NCBI RefSeq assembly: GCF_009914755.1
Contig: NC_060933.1
Reading direction: 5' to 3' (one strand)
Source of the DNA: the human T2T-CHM13v2.0 reference genome, Homo sapiens
DNA: 64,000 nucleotides
The translations under genes and the position numbers were made by a program. Each line of letters begins with the position of its first letter. Positions within the stretch are counted from its first letter, which is position 1. Under the pieces are notes generated by a model. That model did not search any database. It saw only the letters and a list, made by a program, of their open reading frames with translations, and was not told where the DNA came from. Below are positions 1 to 15,029 of the stretch, piece by piece.

Positions 1-317
1 CAGGGTTCTATCTTGCTTATCAAACATCCCACTATCCAGCAGAAACTCTCTGGAACTGTCTCAAACACTATCACATCTGTGAAGCTCTATCTCATCCACC
101 AACTACATGTGATTTTCCTGTCACTGATCTCACCAGGAGCAAAAGCTGAACCATTTATCCCACTATGCTTTGTATTAAAGATATTTGCATATTTGTCTTT
201 GGCTCTCTGTTGGACTCCAAGGTCCTCAAGAGTAGAGAATGTGTCTTCTCATATTTGTATTTATTCACTTTAGTGTCTAGAACAGGACAGACTCTCAGAA
301 AATAAATTTAACAGAAT

Positions 318-438
318 TTTTTTTTTTTTTCATTTTTAGAGAGTCTTGATATGTCACCGAAGCTGGAGTGCAGTGGCAAAGATCATAGCTCTCTGCAGCC
401 TCGAACTCCTGGACTCAAGCAATCCTTTGACCTCAACC
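318..438 (-). mobile_element. Truncated AluJ-type right arm
   Basis: Poly-T followed by Alu right-arm sequence; TSD TTAACAGAAT at 308-317 and 439-448. Confidence 0.85.
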
Positions 439-2734
439 TTAACAGAATCTATCTTGCAAGAGAAATGGTAACTTGAGTCAAAGCTCAAAGTCTTATGCTG
501 GTCTTACGTGGAATTCTACCCTATATGCTTTATAGAATGGAATTCTCTCCTTTTTTACTTCATTATATGATAATTAGAACATTTTATATGACTAAGTATA
601 CATCTATGGATCAAATTTTCTTTTTTCTTCTTTGGTGTCTCTTTTCCCAATCAAGTCTTAATACATTAGATCTTTAAATAAAATAACTAAACAACCTGAT
701 CATATAGGGTAAATCCTAGGATCATTAAGTCCAGTTCTCCAGCAACTCTTTAAGAAATAATCAAGATAATCATCACTTTAAAAATTTTTTAACAGTTTAA
801 ATCATACCAAAGTGCCAAGAATGCAGATAATACTGCTTTCAAACGGATTAGAGAATGGAAAACCAAACAATTCTGGGTTTGCTGGCCTAAGCACAATAAA
901 TCAGCAGAGAAGTTCTGATATTTACTCACAGGAAAAAGATTATAAATGGAAGATGTTTAAATCTACCCAAATCATTCTGAACCATCTTTAATAAAGAATA
1001 GCTTCCTGTTGCATTCAAAAGCTAGTATACCATATCGTCTAAAAGCTGTGACTTTTTTACTCATCCATTCATTTAACAAACGTGTATTAAGCATCTACTC
1101 TACGTTAAGTGTTGATGGTGGGAGTTGCAATTCTGCAGTTCATACAAGAAAGCTGTGCCTTCTTGAAATTTACAGGTAGTTAAATGCATTTAATCTGCAA
1201 TATTGGCTCCTACTAGTGCTTCGGTGATCATATTTAATAAATACAGTTATTTTAGTCACAGACTTCTCATTGATATAAATTTACAATGAACTATAAGTCA
1301 GAGTATCTAGGTCCTAGTCTCATTGCTGCAGTTTAAGTGCCTATGAGATGTCATAATAACGACTCAGAGCCTAGCTTTCACATGTAAAGCCTGAATGCAT
1401 AAGCCCAGCCTGCTTTCCTTACAGGGTTATTATAAGGATTAATACAAAGATCCAATAAAGTGGTAATGCACTGAGCATATTTATCCTAGATACTATATTA
1501 ATTTCACATGCATTGCTTTATTTAATATTAATTAGAGTCCTATGGTACTATAATACTCTTTATCTACATGTCAGAGTCCACAGGTATCTATAAGAAACTT
1601 CTCTTTCAAATTTGTCTGTTTTAAAATAAATGCATGTATTTATTTACACAGATAATTATCACCAGTAGTCTGGTAGCAATCACTTCCCATGTTCACTGTC
1701 CTTAAAGGTTTCCTCAAGGAACCTTAGCACAGATAATGCTAGAAAGTGTTTCAGTTTTGTTGTAGTTGGTATAAGAAAGAATCCCTGGAGGCAGCTTAGA
1801 ATTCATTAAAGAGAACTGCCTCAGGGTGACCCCTGAAGTTCTTTGAAGTTTCCCTGCTGGAAGAGACCTGGAATTGTCCAGTTTGGAAGATATAAGCACT
1901 AAATACATCAGCCTAATAAAAAGAGAAAAGAAAAGGAATGCATTTGGTTGACAGGCAGTAGGGAAGAGGAAGGAAGTGTTACCTTGCAGATTCCTAGTAT
2001 CTGTAAAGTAAGCAAGGAAGTTTGTTGTTATTTCTTTCCAGAAATCTAGCTCAAAGTCTTAGCAACCAACTGAAAACTCCAGCTGCCCTTTCAACTTCTG
2101 CCTTCCTTAATAAAGATGGTATAGCAGATGTAGCCAGGTTCAATTAACTTTTCTTTTATGAAAAGAATTATTCTTTTATGTTTAGATACATTCTGTAATG
2201 AATATCTGTCACTCTTATTTACTCTACCAATGCTCCAGAGAAATCCTCCTTCTTTAATTACACTTCTAATGTTTTGATCTCCCAACTCCCCCACACACTT
2301 TTTTTTTCTTTTCAAGTTGGTATGTGACTTCAGTCAATCCAGGGCAGATTTTCCCAGACACACAAAAAACTTTTTGTTTTCAGGCAAATACCAGTAAGAT
2401 TCTGTTAGAAATAATAAATATAGTGCTGCCACCATAATTTTTTAGAGAAGATGATAAACAAACATTCATATCCATGAGTTACAAAAAGTATACAAGCATA
2501 GGACGGCACTACCATTATTTGTCAAGGCTCCAAAGGTGTGATAAACAGCAATCATCACTTCTTCATTTCCCTACCTTCCACATATAAGTACATATGTATG
2601 TATGTGTGCATGCATCATGCCTTTCTGATGACTGCTGAACACCAAAAGTTTTAATGACTTCATTTTTTTGGCTTTTTTTAAGGCATGTATATTTAAAAAA
2701 CACGTGATTCTATTTGACATCATGTCAGCCATTC

Positions 2735-3288
2735 TGTCAGAGGCATGTGAGCCAGAGCAACTCCATCTTGAATAGGGGCTGGGTAAAACAATGCTGAGAA
2801 CTACTGGGCTAAATTCCCAGACAGTGAAGGCATTCTAAGTCACGGGATGAGATAGGAGGTCAGCACAAGATACAGGTCATAAAGACCTTGCTCATAAAAA
2901 CAGCTTGCAGTAAAGAAGCCAGCGAAATCCCACCAAAACCAAGATGGCCACAAGAGTGACTTCTGGTCATTCTCACTGCTACACTCCCACCAACACTATG
3001 ACAGTTTACAAATGCCATGGCAATGTCAGGAAGTTATCCTAGATGTTCTAAAAAGGGGAAGCATGAATAATCCACCCCTTGTTTAACATTACATCAAGAA
3101 ATAACCATAAAAATGGGCAACCAGCAGCCTCGGGGCTGCTCTGTCTATGGAGTAGCCATTCTTTTATTTCTTCACTCTCCTAATAAACTCACTTTCACTT
3201 TACTCTATGGACTCGCGCTGAATTCTTTCCTGCAGGAGATCCAAGAACCCTCTCATGGGGTCTGGATTGGGACCCCTTTCCTGTAACA
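2735..3288 (+). mobile_element. MER41A solo LTR (ERV1)
   Basis: TGTCAGAGGC...CCTGTAACA termini, 4-bp TSD ATTC on both sides and AATAAA in the R region; matches the recalled MER41A consensus. Confidence 0.9.
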
Positions 3289-3394
3289 ATTCCATTCTTT
3301 CTCTGAAATGGCCAAAAGACATTTCTCAGAAAATAATATTGGTAAAAATTGTATGAATGATATTATAAATGTAGGAGCTGGGAAACCTAGGCAG

Positions 3395-3530
3395 GCAGTC
3401 CTGGATTTGAACATCAATGCTATGGGGCTATGATACAAATACTTAATCTCTCTAAGCCTTAGTTTCTTCATCTGCAAAGTGGGTTTGTTTTTGCAAGGAT
3501 TAAGATGTGCAAAAAATAATATGTAGCTTT
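3395..3530 (+). mobile_element. MIR fragment
   Basis: Core ACTTAATCTCTCTAAGCCTTAGTTTCTTCATCTGCAAA. Confidence 0.7.
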
Positions 3531-3881
3531 CAAACATATAATTTGCTCCTTTCCCAATTTCTCTCTTGCTGGAGTCACAAGATCATGATGATGGTAGTTC
3601 AGGAACTAACCTTCCAAAGGGTCACAAAAGTCAGGATAAACTCAGAAATAAAAATGCACTGGCAGTTTTTATTGACTCACATAGTAATTACTGGTTCTCA
3701 AATCTTGCTATAGTTAATAAACTTCCCTTTGTCTCATATTGATCATTTTGGCATCATCTGATGGAATTAAAAATGGAGCTTAGATATTTGTTTCACTGAT
3801 GTTTAGGTAACATTTCAGTCATTCTGAATACATTTTAATCATTTTGATGATAACGTGAAATAAGGGTTGCCCATCAAACCT

Positions 3882-4187
<306 letters not shown>

Positions 4188-5216
4188 ATTTTAAAAGTGT
4201 ACAGGAGTGTTACCCATTAAACCTGGCTCCTAGTGTTACTTCTTTCACTGTGTGCCATGTGGCCTGACCTCTGTTTAGTCTCAATATTAACCCTTAATGG
4301 TATTACCACAGTTATTTGCATACTGTACAAACTGAAAAGCAGTTTTTAAAAAAGAAAGAAAGGGAAGGGGAGGAGATGGGAGAGGAGGGAAATGTGAACT
4401 GAGATAATTCCCACTTACTTTACCTCTCAATGAGGTAAGGGTAAAGATTTTGAAAATCCTAAAATATTATTTATTATCGCCAATCTGAAACTTTTATATC
4501 ACCACATAACTGGAGTCAGACTGTATAATGATTAAATTGCTCTCTTAATATACTCTTTAAATGTAGGCTTTTTCAGAGCCCTGGTCCTTCCATCCCCCCA
4601 TAGTCACAGATTAATAAACTCTAACTAGAGAAAGAAATACAGGGATTATCTGAGTAATGTTCCCCCACACCCTGTTATAGATGCATCCATTAAAGTGAAA
4701 TGGTGAAGGGTTTTTTGGTACAAGTCTGAGTGTAGAAAGCAATACAGAAATCTCTACTTCAGACACCATGTATCACAGGGATCCTGAGGTTGCTTCCCTG
4801 ACTCTCACGCCATTAATACGCTTCATATGCTATCCAGCCACACCTAAAGGCCCTCAAATAGAAGAACATTCACAATCGCCTTCCTTAATGACGCTCCCTG
4901 CCCTAAAGGCAAAGAAAGGAATCACAAAAGAAAGTGAAAGGAGATGCACAAATAAACTGAGTAATAGCCTGTGCCTAAGGGAAATCTGGATTTTCCTGAA
5001 AACTGGCCTCACTCAGCCTGCAGGAAGTTCCCAAAAGTGGTAATATTTCCAATTACAAATTCTAGCTCCTTCCTTCTAGGTCAATTTGTAGATCCTAAGG
5101 CCATATGTTTTTATTCGGAAAAGGCCCTGACAACCCACAACTAACATTTAGGAGTTATGTGGTCTTGGGGAAATTGCTTAAATTCTTCCAATTGCCTCAT
5201 CTTTAAAATGGAGATG

Positions 5217-5525
5217 GGCTAGGAGTGGTGGCTTAAACCTGTAATCTCAGTGCTTTGGGAGGCCAAGGTGGGAAGACAGCTTGAGCCCAGGAGTTCCAGA
5301 GCAGCCTGGGCAACAGAGCAAGATCACATCTCTACAAAAAATTTAAAAATTAGCTTAGTGTGGTGGCACACACCTGTAGTCTCAGCTACTTGGGAGGCTG
5401 AGGTTAGGAGGATCACTTGAGCCCAGGAGTTTGAAGTTATATATAGTGAGCCACAACAGCACCATTGTACTCCGGCCTCGGCAACAGAGCAAGACCTCAG
5501 CTCTGAAATTAAATAATTAAATAAA
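5217..5525 (+). mobile_element. AluJ inserted in a MIR (about 5150-5640)
   Basis: Full dimer flanked by AAAATGGA on both sides; MIR sequence continues across it. Confidence 0.9.
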
Positions 5526-5984
5526 TAAAATGGACATAATAATTATACTTACCTCCTAGGGCGGTTAAAAGAACTACACAAGATAACGCATGTAAAGCAA
5601 TTGACACATAGTCATCTTATAGCCAATGTTAGCTATTATTTTTATTTATGAATGAGTACACACATCTGAAAGTGTTTGTGAAAAAAAGTCCCCTTCTCTC
5701 TCTGATCTGAGCAAATGTACACCTTAGATAATATGAATAATAATGTATACCATAATTATTAGGCTTCCCTATAATTTAATTACCTGAGGAAATAAATAAC
5801 TATGATTACTGAAATCAGTGAAATTAGTTTTGCCGATGAGAAAATCAAACTCAATTGGAAGCTCTTTGACACTCCCTTTAGTAATCTACTCTGTTCAGAT
5901 CCTTTTAGCAATGATATCTTCTAGCATTATTATCTTTAACCTTTGAGTTCTTTACACTTACATTTATATTATAAAAATTATAAC

Positions 5985-6208
5985 GCCTGAGCAACATAGT
6001 GAAACCCCGGTTCTACAAAAAATTAAAAAATTAGTCAGGCATGGTGGCACAGGCCTATAGTCCTGGAGGCTGAAGTGGGAGGACTGCTTGAGTCTAAGAG
6101 GTGAAGCCTACAGAAAGCTGTGATCGGCTCACTTGTAACCACTGCACTCCAGCCTGGGTGACAGAGTGATACCCTGTCTCAAATTAAAAAAAAAAAAGAA
6201 AAGAAAAA
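5985..6208 (+). mobile_element. 5'-truncated AluJ
   Basis: Alu middle and right arm with A tail. Confidence 0.85.
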
Positions 6209-6358
6209 GTACGAAATCATGTTTGGTAGTCCTATTCATAATACCTTTTTTTGGCAGAAAAATAAGGAAAAAAGCCTATTGCCAAAAAGCCATGTGCAAA
6301 ACCTATTTATTGGTAAACAATATTCCAAAACTTACACTAAAAGTGTTTTTTCTTTTAA

Positions 6359-6727
<369 letters not shown>

Positions 6728-6762
6728 TAGGCACTTTAAAACAAACTATCCTTATTTATATT

Positions 6763-7055
6763 GACCAAGCACAGTGGCTCACACTTGCAATCCCAGCATT
6801 TTGGGAACCGAGAGCAGGAGGATCACTAGAACCCACAAATTTGAGACCAGCCTGGGCAACATAAGAAGACTCCGTCTCTACAAAAAAAAATAAAACTAGC
6901 CAGGCATGGTGGTGCATGCCTGTGGTCCCAATTACCTGGGAGGCTGGGACGGGAGGATTGCTGGGCACTGGAGGTCGAGGCTGCAGCAAGCTGTGATCAC
7001 GCCAATGCACTGCAGTCCCGTGTGACAGAGAGACACTCTGTCTCCAAAAAACAAA
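6763..7055 (+). mobile_element. AluJ
   Basis: Full dimer. Confidence 0.9.
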
Positions 7056-8034
7056 CACACCCCCTCCCGCCCCACCCCTTCCAAAAAATATATATGTATC
7101 TCCTAACTGGAGAAACGTGTGGCATGAACTTTTTCTTACTCAGAATACTCTAAAACTCTTACTTCTTTCTAGTTCCACAGACCTTGATGAGTGGCCACCT
7201 TTTAGTGTGCTGAAGAAATAAGAGTAACTGCGACATGATCCCTAGCCACAAGGACTTTAGCTCAAAGTCCAGGAGAGAAGACAGATAGGTACACTCATAA
7301 AAATAGCTTGTGTTGACTAATGTGATGTTTTAACACCTCCCAGATCTCATAACATCCTGGGCTTTCTAAATTTGAAAGAGAATCCTGGTGAATATACTCA
7401 ATTAGAAAGCTTTTTCTATTTCTGCTGTAACAGAGGAAAAAGAAGGGGAGGCTCAGAAGGGATTACAGCATGCTTTTGGTAGAAATTCCCATGGAACTTC
7501 ATTTCATGAGACCTGTGCTGATCAGATCAAAGCCATGGGATCAGAACCTATACCTCACAGATAGTATCTGGAAAAATAAGAAGAATGAAAGAAAAATGAA
7601 CCAAGATCACCTTCCTTTTGTGGGCCTAGCCCCACTTAATTTCATAACAATTCTATGAGGTTGGTATTACCCAAATTACAGTAGGAAAACTAAAGTTCCA
7701 AAAATTTGAGTAGCTCAAGTCCACAAAGCAAGTTGGAGCTGCAATTAGAATTCATTTTCCCCATTTGAAGGTTCTGACCAGGTGGTCTCTCTCTAAATTC
7801 TACATATCCTTGAAGGCAACATGAACATCAGAGTAATCCAATCCCATTATCAGAAATGAAAATATTATGCACATCATCTTTATACAATAATCGTAGTAAG
7901 AAAGCCAGTGGCTTGCCAATTTTGGAAAATGATTATAAACCTCAATTGCAATAGAAAAAAAAAACAGAAAAATAAATATAGACAGAATAGGAAAATCTTT
8001 TTGATATCAATGCTATAATTTACAGCTTACAATT

Positions 8035-8726
<692 letters not shown>

Positions 8727-9464
8727 TAATGTGCACATATTAATGTGTGCATAAATATCACACTTTCATTTCCAAAGAGTTATAAAATGCTGACATCACC
8801 AGTAAATTGATTTCAAAATTCAAACTGCAATCATATAATTTTTTGAAAAAAACACAACCAATATTCATATGTAATGAACAGATTCAAACCTATCTCTTAT
8901 CAGCAACACTTCCAGAGATGTAAATAATACCTGCTACACTCAAACAAAACCATCTTACCCCCTTTTACATTGACTTCTATGAGTCATGTAGCTTTAAAAA
9001 GTGTATGCTATTAGATTATCTGTAAATATCCAGCAAGTATTGACAAAGCCTTCCTGAAATTAATTCTATATGTTTAAGACTAGCCAATATTTTAATTTCA
9101 TACCTTGGCTGGCTTAAGAGATGACATGATCACTCTACTGTAACTACCTGAGGTTCTGTTCTGATGTTTTAATGTGTTCCATCTGATTAAAGGGGTTTTA
9201 ATAGAAGATACTTAGATTACTGTTAGAAATATATTTTAAAAACCACTTTGCCCAAATTAAGTACTCAAACACACTCCCTCCACTTGGCTACTGTACTAAG
9301 ATTTACTATAATGGTGCCAGAAATACATTTGCACTGATATAACTTATTTGATGGAAATAAAAACCTAATTCTGTCATAGGAGTAAGTAGGACAACTAAAA
9401 TGTAGGAAGACCCATGAATTGCCTTTGTTCCATCACAATTACAGTGACAAAAATATTTATGTTA

Positions 9465-9887
<423 letters not shown>

Positions 9888-11224
9888 CTACCTACCCAAT
9901 CAATACTAATGAACACTATAATCACTATAATCAAACAAACAAAGCAACTACACATGAGGAGAGAATTAAACTATTATTTAGAAAGTTTCACTAGTTTTCT
10001 GTGTGGGTAATTTTATTTGTGAATGGTTAAAGAACTTTGAATAGCTTTTTTTTTTTTTTTAAGGATTTTGCTTTCTCTAATATGGATTTGGTTAGAGCTC
10101 ACCTCATATCTTAATCATCACCCTTTTAGATATAAGTTTATGAAATAAAACACAAAACGTCTTTCATGGTTATTCAGAACTTGATCTTACTAACAGTTCC
10201 AACGAGTGTGGTCTGCTCCTTTCCTGAAATTTGTTTCATATCCACAGTCCTTCCATTTCAACTTAGAGATGAACCTTTAATAAAATATACAATGAAGGTG
10301 GGCAACAGTGGTATGTATGGCGAGACAAGGCAAAATGGGTCTAAAGAGAATCTGTATTCCACTGAATGCACTAATTCAGTCTAGTGTACTCACTCTTGTA
10401 TGTTAAGTTCTACATAAATTAGAAACCTAAATTTCAAACACTGCTTGGGGACATGTATGCTCTACAAAATGAAAATGCTATGCATTTTGCACAAGGTCAT
10501 GAAAGTCCCCAATTGATTTCCCCCTGCTCTTCATCATTGACACCACTTTAAACTCAAAAGTATCATCGTGTTTTGTCTTTTTCTTTCATCAACATCCTGT
10601 TCACATGTCTAACCGATTTAGGATTTAGAAGCACACATGAGTCAAGGATGCCACCATACCACTGGAATAGAGGTTTCTTTAGTTAAAGGGGAATGGTGTG
10701 AGAGGTGAACAACAGCAACCACAGTGCTGCTCCCATTTGCTCCCTCCACCACAATCCTACTCCGTGCAGACACTGCGTCAAGTCTTTTTCATGGTAAGCA
10801 CTTTTGGGAAAACGCTAAGCTAACCCCACATTCACTAACTCTAAAATGATTCTGATGAAACACCAAATACAAAATTTATATGCCAGTAGAATTTTAAAAG
10901 CCCCCCACCTTTTTTTTTTTTTTTTTTTTTTTGGCTTTCATGGAGAAAACCAGAAAGAATATGACTTACGTATGCAAAACCATAGTACACTAAAGCCCAG
11001 AGACACTCAATAATCCTGGTTAATCCTGGCCCACTGTATTTATGCAAAGCCAATTTAGTAATGGAAGTAAAGCAGTAGACTCAATACAAAATAACAATCA
11101 AAATAATATCTTTTTGACCTTGTAAATTATTAATAAATATTAATAAAACATGAAATGTATATATGTTCTACACCAACGGTTATCAAAAGACCACCTGCAC
11201 TAGATTTAAATGGGATGTTGATAA

Positions 11225-11350
11225 TAGTTCTTCCTAGGACCCAGACTGGACTCAATGAATCAAACTCTCTGGATATGGTGTCCCGAAATATACATTTTCA
11301 AAGAGCTCCCCAGATGCCTTATATGCAATTAAGTACCGCTGACTGAAGCA
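11225..11350. mobile_element. MER5-like hAT-Charlie DNA transposon relic
   Basis: AATGAATCAAACTCTCTGG...ATTTTCAAAGAGCTCCCCAGATG resembles MER5. Confidence 0.5.
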
Positions 11351-11699
11351 TGAACAGTGTTTACACTTCCTGATCACAAAGATGAAATAACACTGTGAGA
11401 TGGAACACAAGTGCTTAAGCAAAAAAAAAGTAGCCACTATTCATAGAACAAAAGAACGGAAGGAAAGTCAGAGACCACTGTCCAGTGAAACTAACTAAGA
11501 CCACAGCTTGGTTTTCAAGGTCACCAAGCTAGTTGTTACACCACTTAGACTTGAAAACAGATCTCCTCATTCTGCTTGGTGCCCATTCCAGCATCCTATA
11601 CTTCATCTATCTCCACAAAACAAAAGCTTGAAAATACTAGTTGTTAAAATGTCACATAATGTTTTGTAATATCTGTATATTCAGAGACTGAAACAATAC

Positions 11700-11900
11700 T
11701 ACCGTTGTATGTTTATACAGTTCTTTGCCAACCAAAAAAAAGTGCTTCCAAGTTTCTTATAATCTCTGACATACAGTGTAAGGTAGCCAGGGTAGAAATT
11801 GGCATCTGCATCTTACAGGTGGAAAAACGAGATTTCCAGAGGTTGACTGACTCCTCCAAGGTCTCATAGGCCTAACAGTGGAGCCAATAACCCAATAACC
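11700..11900 (-). mobile_element. MIR fragment
   Basis: CATCTTACAGGTGGAAAAACGAG...CCAAGGTCTCATAG. Confidence 0.6.
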
Positions 11901-13151
11901 AACGTCTTTCCATTTTCCATATTCCAAAGAAGCTGTCTGCTTTCCATTTACACCTCCCTGAAATCTGTAAAACTCTCAGCTCAACCACTGACTATTTTCC
12001 ACTTCTTAAAGATTTAGTCCTCAAAGATATTATTATGAAATAGATGTTGCCCTCTGCAACCAGAGTCTCTGAGCAGATACCTGAAAAATTCCAGGTGTTA
12101 ACTACATCTTATCTCCATTGATTTCTATGATATAGCTGGCATAAGGTTTACTCTGCGTACAAATCCAGCAGATACAACACTGCTGTCGAGAGCCAGTGTT
12201 CATTGTATTATCAGTTTCAGCCTGATAATTTGATATGACGGGTGTGAGGCACAAGCTACAAGTCTCTCCTTCTTAAAACAATAATTGTAAGCCTTTATTC
12301 TTCACCAGGAATATCAAGGTCATTGTCTGGTTCAAACCTAAAAGGGAGCTTCCATCAACAGATGTCATAAGAGATAAGCTCCAATTTGACACGCTCTTGC
12401 AGAACTATCACCTGCTATCAGAGAAGCTATGACAGCTGTGTAGTAAGACAATGTGGGCCAATTCATCAGTCCTCTGGGCCCCAAGTGCTCCCCTAATGGA
12501 TATGACAAACATATGCCCCACTGCCACACACTGGACGTTTACTACTGCAGGGCTGTTTGTATAACAATCCAATTAATCAAGGTAGATAGTCATATTTTTT
12601 GTAATTGATGGAAAGCTAGAATTGCATAACTCTATTGAATGACTACATCTTTTGCCATAGTATGATAGACTTTGGAAAGAAAAAGGTAGACTATTGCACA
12701 CAAAAAAAATCCTGTGGCGATATAAACAACATGCCCATTTCCTTGGCTTTGAGATGATGTTACCATTGCCATGTAGGGCCTTCTCCCTCCTGCTTGGTTA
12801 CCTTCTTCAAAGGTTATCTTCCTCTTCCTTTGAAAGCCTCAATTCAAACATCACCCTGGATCTCAAGCTCCCCTGCTTTTAGCGTCTGAGTGGATATTTT
12901 GAAGAAAGATTCAGACTGCATGGGCATTAGGATGTCCTAAAAAGTTCAGATCACCTCATTTTAAGAATCAGCCACTCTTCAGCATCAGCTGAAGCCCAAT
13001 CAGTTTCTCTTGATTGGGCTTGGGTTATCGAACACGCTCTAAAGGAACACACTCTAACAGTCATCACGTCTTTAGTGTTTCAAGAGAAGTAGAGATCTGA
13101 ATTTTTATTTGCCATTCTCCAGTTTTTAAATATTGGCAACTATTTGAATTT

Positions 13152-13570
13152 TGGTTACCCTGAAAGTGGAGCCTGAGAAAAGGACTTGCAGTAGTTTTCT
13201 TCAGAACTAACTCTAATAATCAGGAGAGAGAAAAGTGGGACAAAGGAAGAATAAAAATCAACCATGGGGTCTTCGTGAGGTCTCAGAGGCTCACAGTCTT
13301 CCCTGTGGATGAGGGAAGGCAGGGGCATTTATCCTCCAAGCCCCTTTCCCTTGTTGGCTATGAGTTCGTCCTAGGGGCATTAATTCCACTACACTTTCCA
13401 ACTGTACCTGCTGAAGTGCTGACTGAGCTTCCTCGGTTTGGGAGAAAGCCCTGAACAGAAAGGAAACAACTGTGCCCAGGCAGGGTGCGGTCAGCATTCA
13501 GAGAATCACCACTGTGAGTGAAATCGAAGTTGACCAAGGGGATCTGACTTACGGCACAAAAAGCAACTAC
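13152..13570 (-). mobile_element. LTR16-like ERVL LTR
   Basis: CCTGAGAAAAGGACTTGCAGTAGTTT...GGGGCATTTATCCTCCAA...GGGGCATTAATTCC resembles LTR16. Confidence 0.55.
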
Positions 13571-15029
13571 TCCAGCAACTAAGAAAAACTGTAAACATAG
13601 TGCAGGTCAAACAATTAATTAATGGGCGCAGTCTTGATCTCACTCATGGACTCCATCTCCTTTTCGGCTTGAGAGAACCCTTCCCGACAACTTCCCAGTA
13701 CCAATCCTTTACAGTAAAGCTCAACATTCTACCACCAAGATGCTGGCATTTATACCACTCAACTTCACCATTTATAGTCAAGTCCATTGACCCCCCTAGG
13801 CTATGAGCACAACCTGTTTATGACCTCCAGCACCTGGGTTAAGGTAGGAGTACAATAAAAATCTGCCAACTGAATTAGTCCCTGGAAAAGGCCCATCAGT
13901 GTTTGTGGAACTGAATAAATGAATATAATTTTTAACAAAGCTCTGTTAGCTATAACCATAACCCAAGCCCAATCGGGAAACAGTCCTGAGGTCACTAAGG
14001 AACAGAACAATCATTCTTAATTCCTGCTCTAAAGAGCCTTATTACTCAAATACATTAATCACTGACAAAGATGAACTTTTTTTTTTTCTGAAAGGCTATA
14101 CTGCCTCAACTATTAAAAGTATATATTCTCAACATATGTGCTTTTTCATATCACTGAAAAAGTCTAGAAAAGTATCTTTGCCCCCAGAAAAACAACGCAG
14201 TCGTAATTCAATTTCATCTCTTGCTGTTACTGAAACTGGATTTTTCTTACATGCAACCTAGAAATTCACCTTGTTTCCTATGCACACTCTTCTTGATATT
14301 TCCACCTTTCGCTAAGGATCTCAGAGCATTTCCCATCTGAAAGACATCCACTTGGGTGGGGACTTGAGGCTTGTGAGGCCTGAGTGAAGATCTGCACAGG
14401 GAAGCTTCGAGGAGATCAACACAGATGGGGGAATTCTGGAATTGTGAAACATTCCATAAAGATCAAGGTTCTCCTTATACCAGCTGAGTGGATACTTGAA
14501 CATAAATAGCAGAGGAGCAGGCTGCATGTTCCTATCCTACATATGGCACAAACAAAAGAGAAAAAATAAGTACTCATTAGGGAAAGCTAAATGTAGAATG
14601 GCAAGATCCCCAACAGACTTCCATTCTTTAAAAAAGTGAAGGAAGGTCTTCTGTGTTACCAAGCTGCTACATTATTTCTAGCAATTATATATATGCACAG
14701 ATAGATGTACATATATATTTATAGGTCTACACATGTATACATATATATTTTAAAGCATAAGAATCTATATAAATGGGTTCTTATAGAAAATAATGTCAGT
14801 CATTCTTGGATAATAACATTACTTATAGACCTAGGAATAGTTGGGTAAAGTTTCCATGTATCTGCTAATTAAGAATCCCCTGCTTTGGTAAACTTATATC
14901 CATCAATTCCCACTTATTTTTTACTCTCAAAGGGAGAAATAATTTCCGTAGATGATAAAGTTATTTAATATATTCTGAAAGTACATGTGCAACGACTTAA
15001 GAAAGATCAACTAAGAGAGGCAGGGGTTG

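Noticed and set aside
2735-3288. MER41 LTRs (here and at 26176-28540) as interferon-gamma/STAT1 enhancers
   Set aside because: All three copies run directly from the AAAGGGGA-type purine run into CATGAATAATCC and lack the GAS (TTCnnnGAA)-bearing segment found in MER41B, so they are MER41A-type.
10970-11033. Possible 64-nt exon with donor TAC|GTAAGT, open in the exon-1 frame
   Set aside because: The acceptor lacks a polypyrimidine tract.
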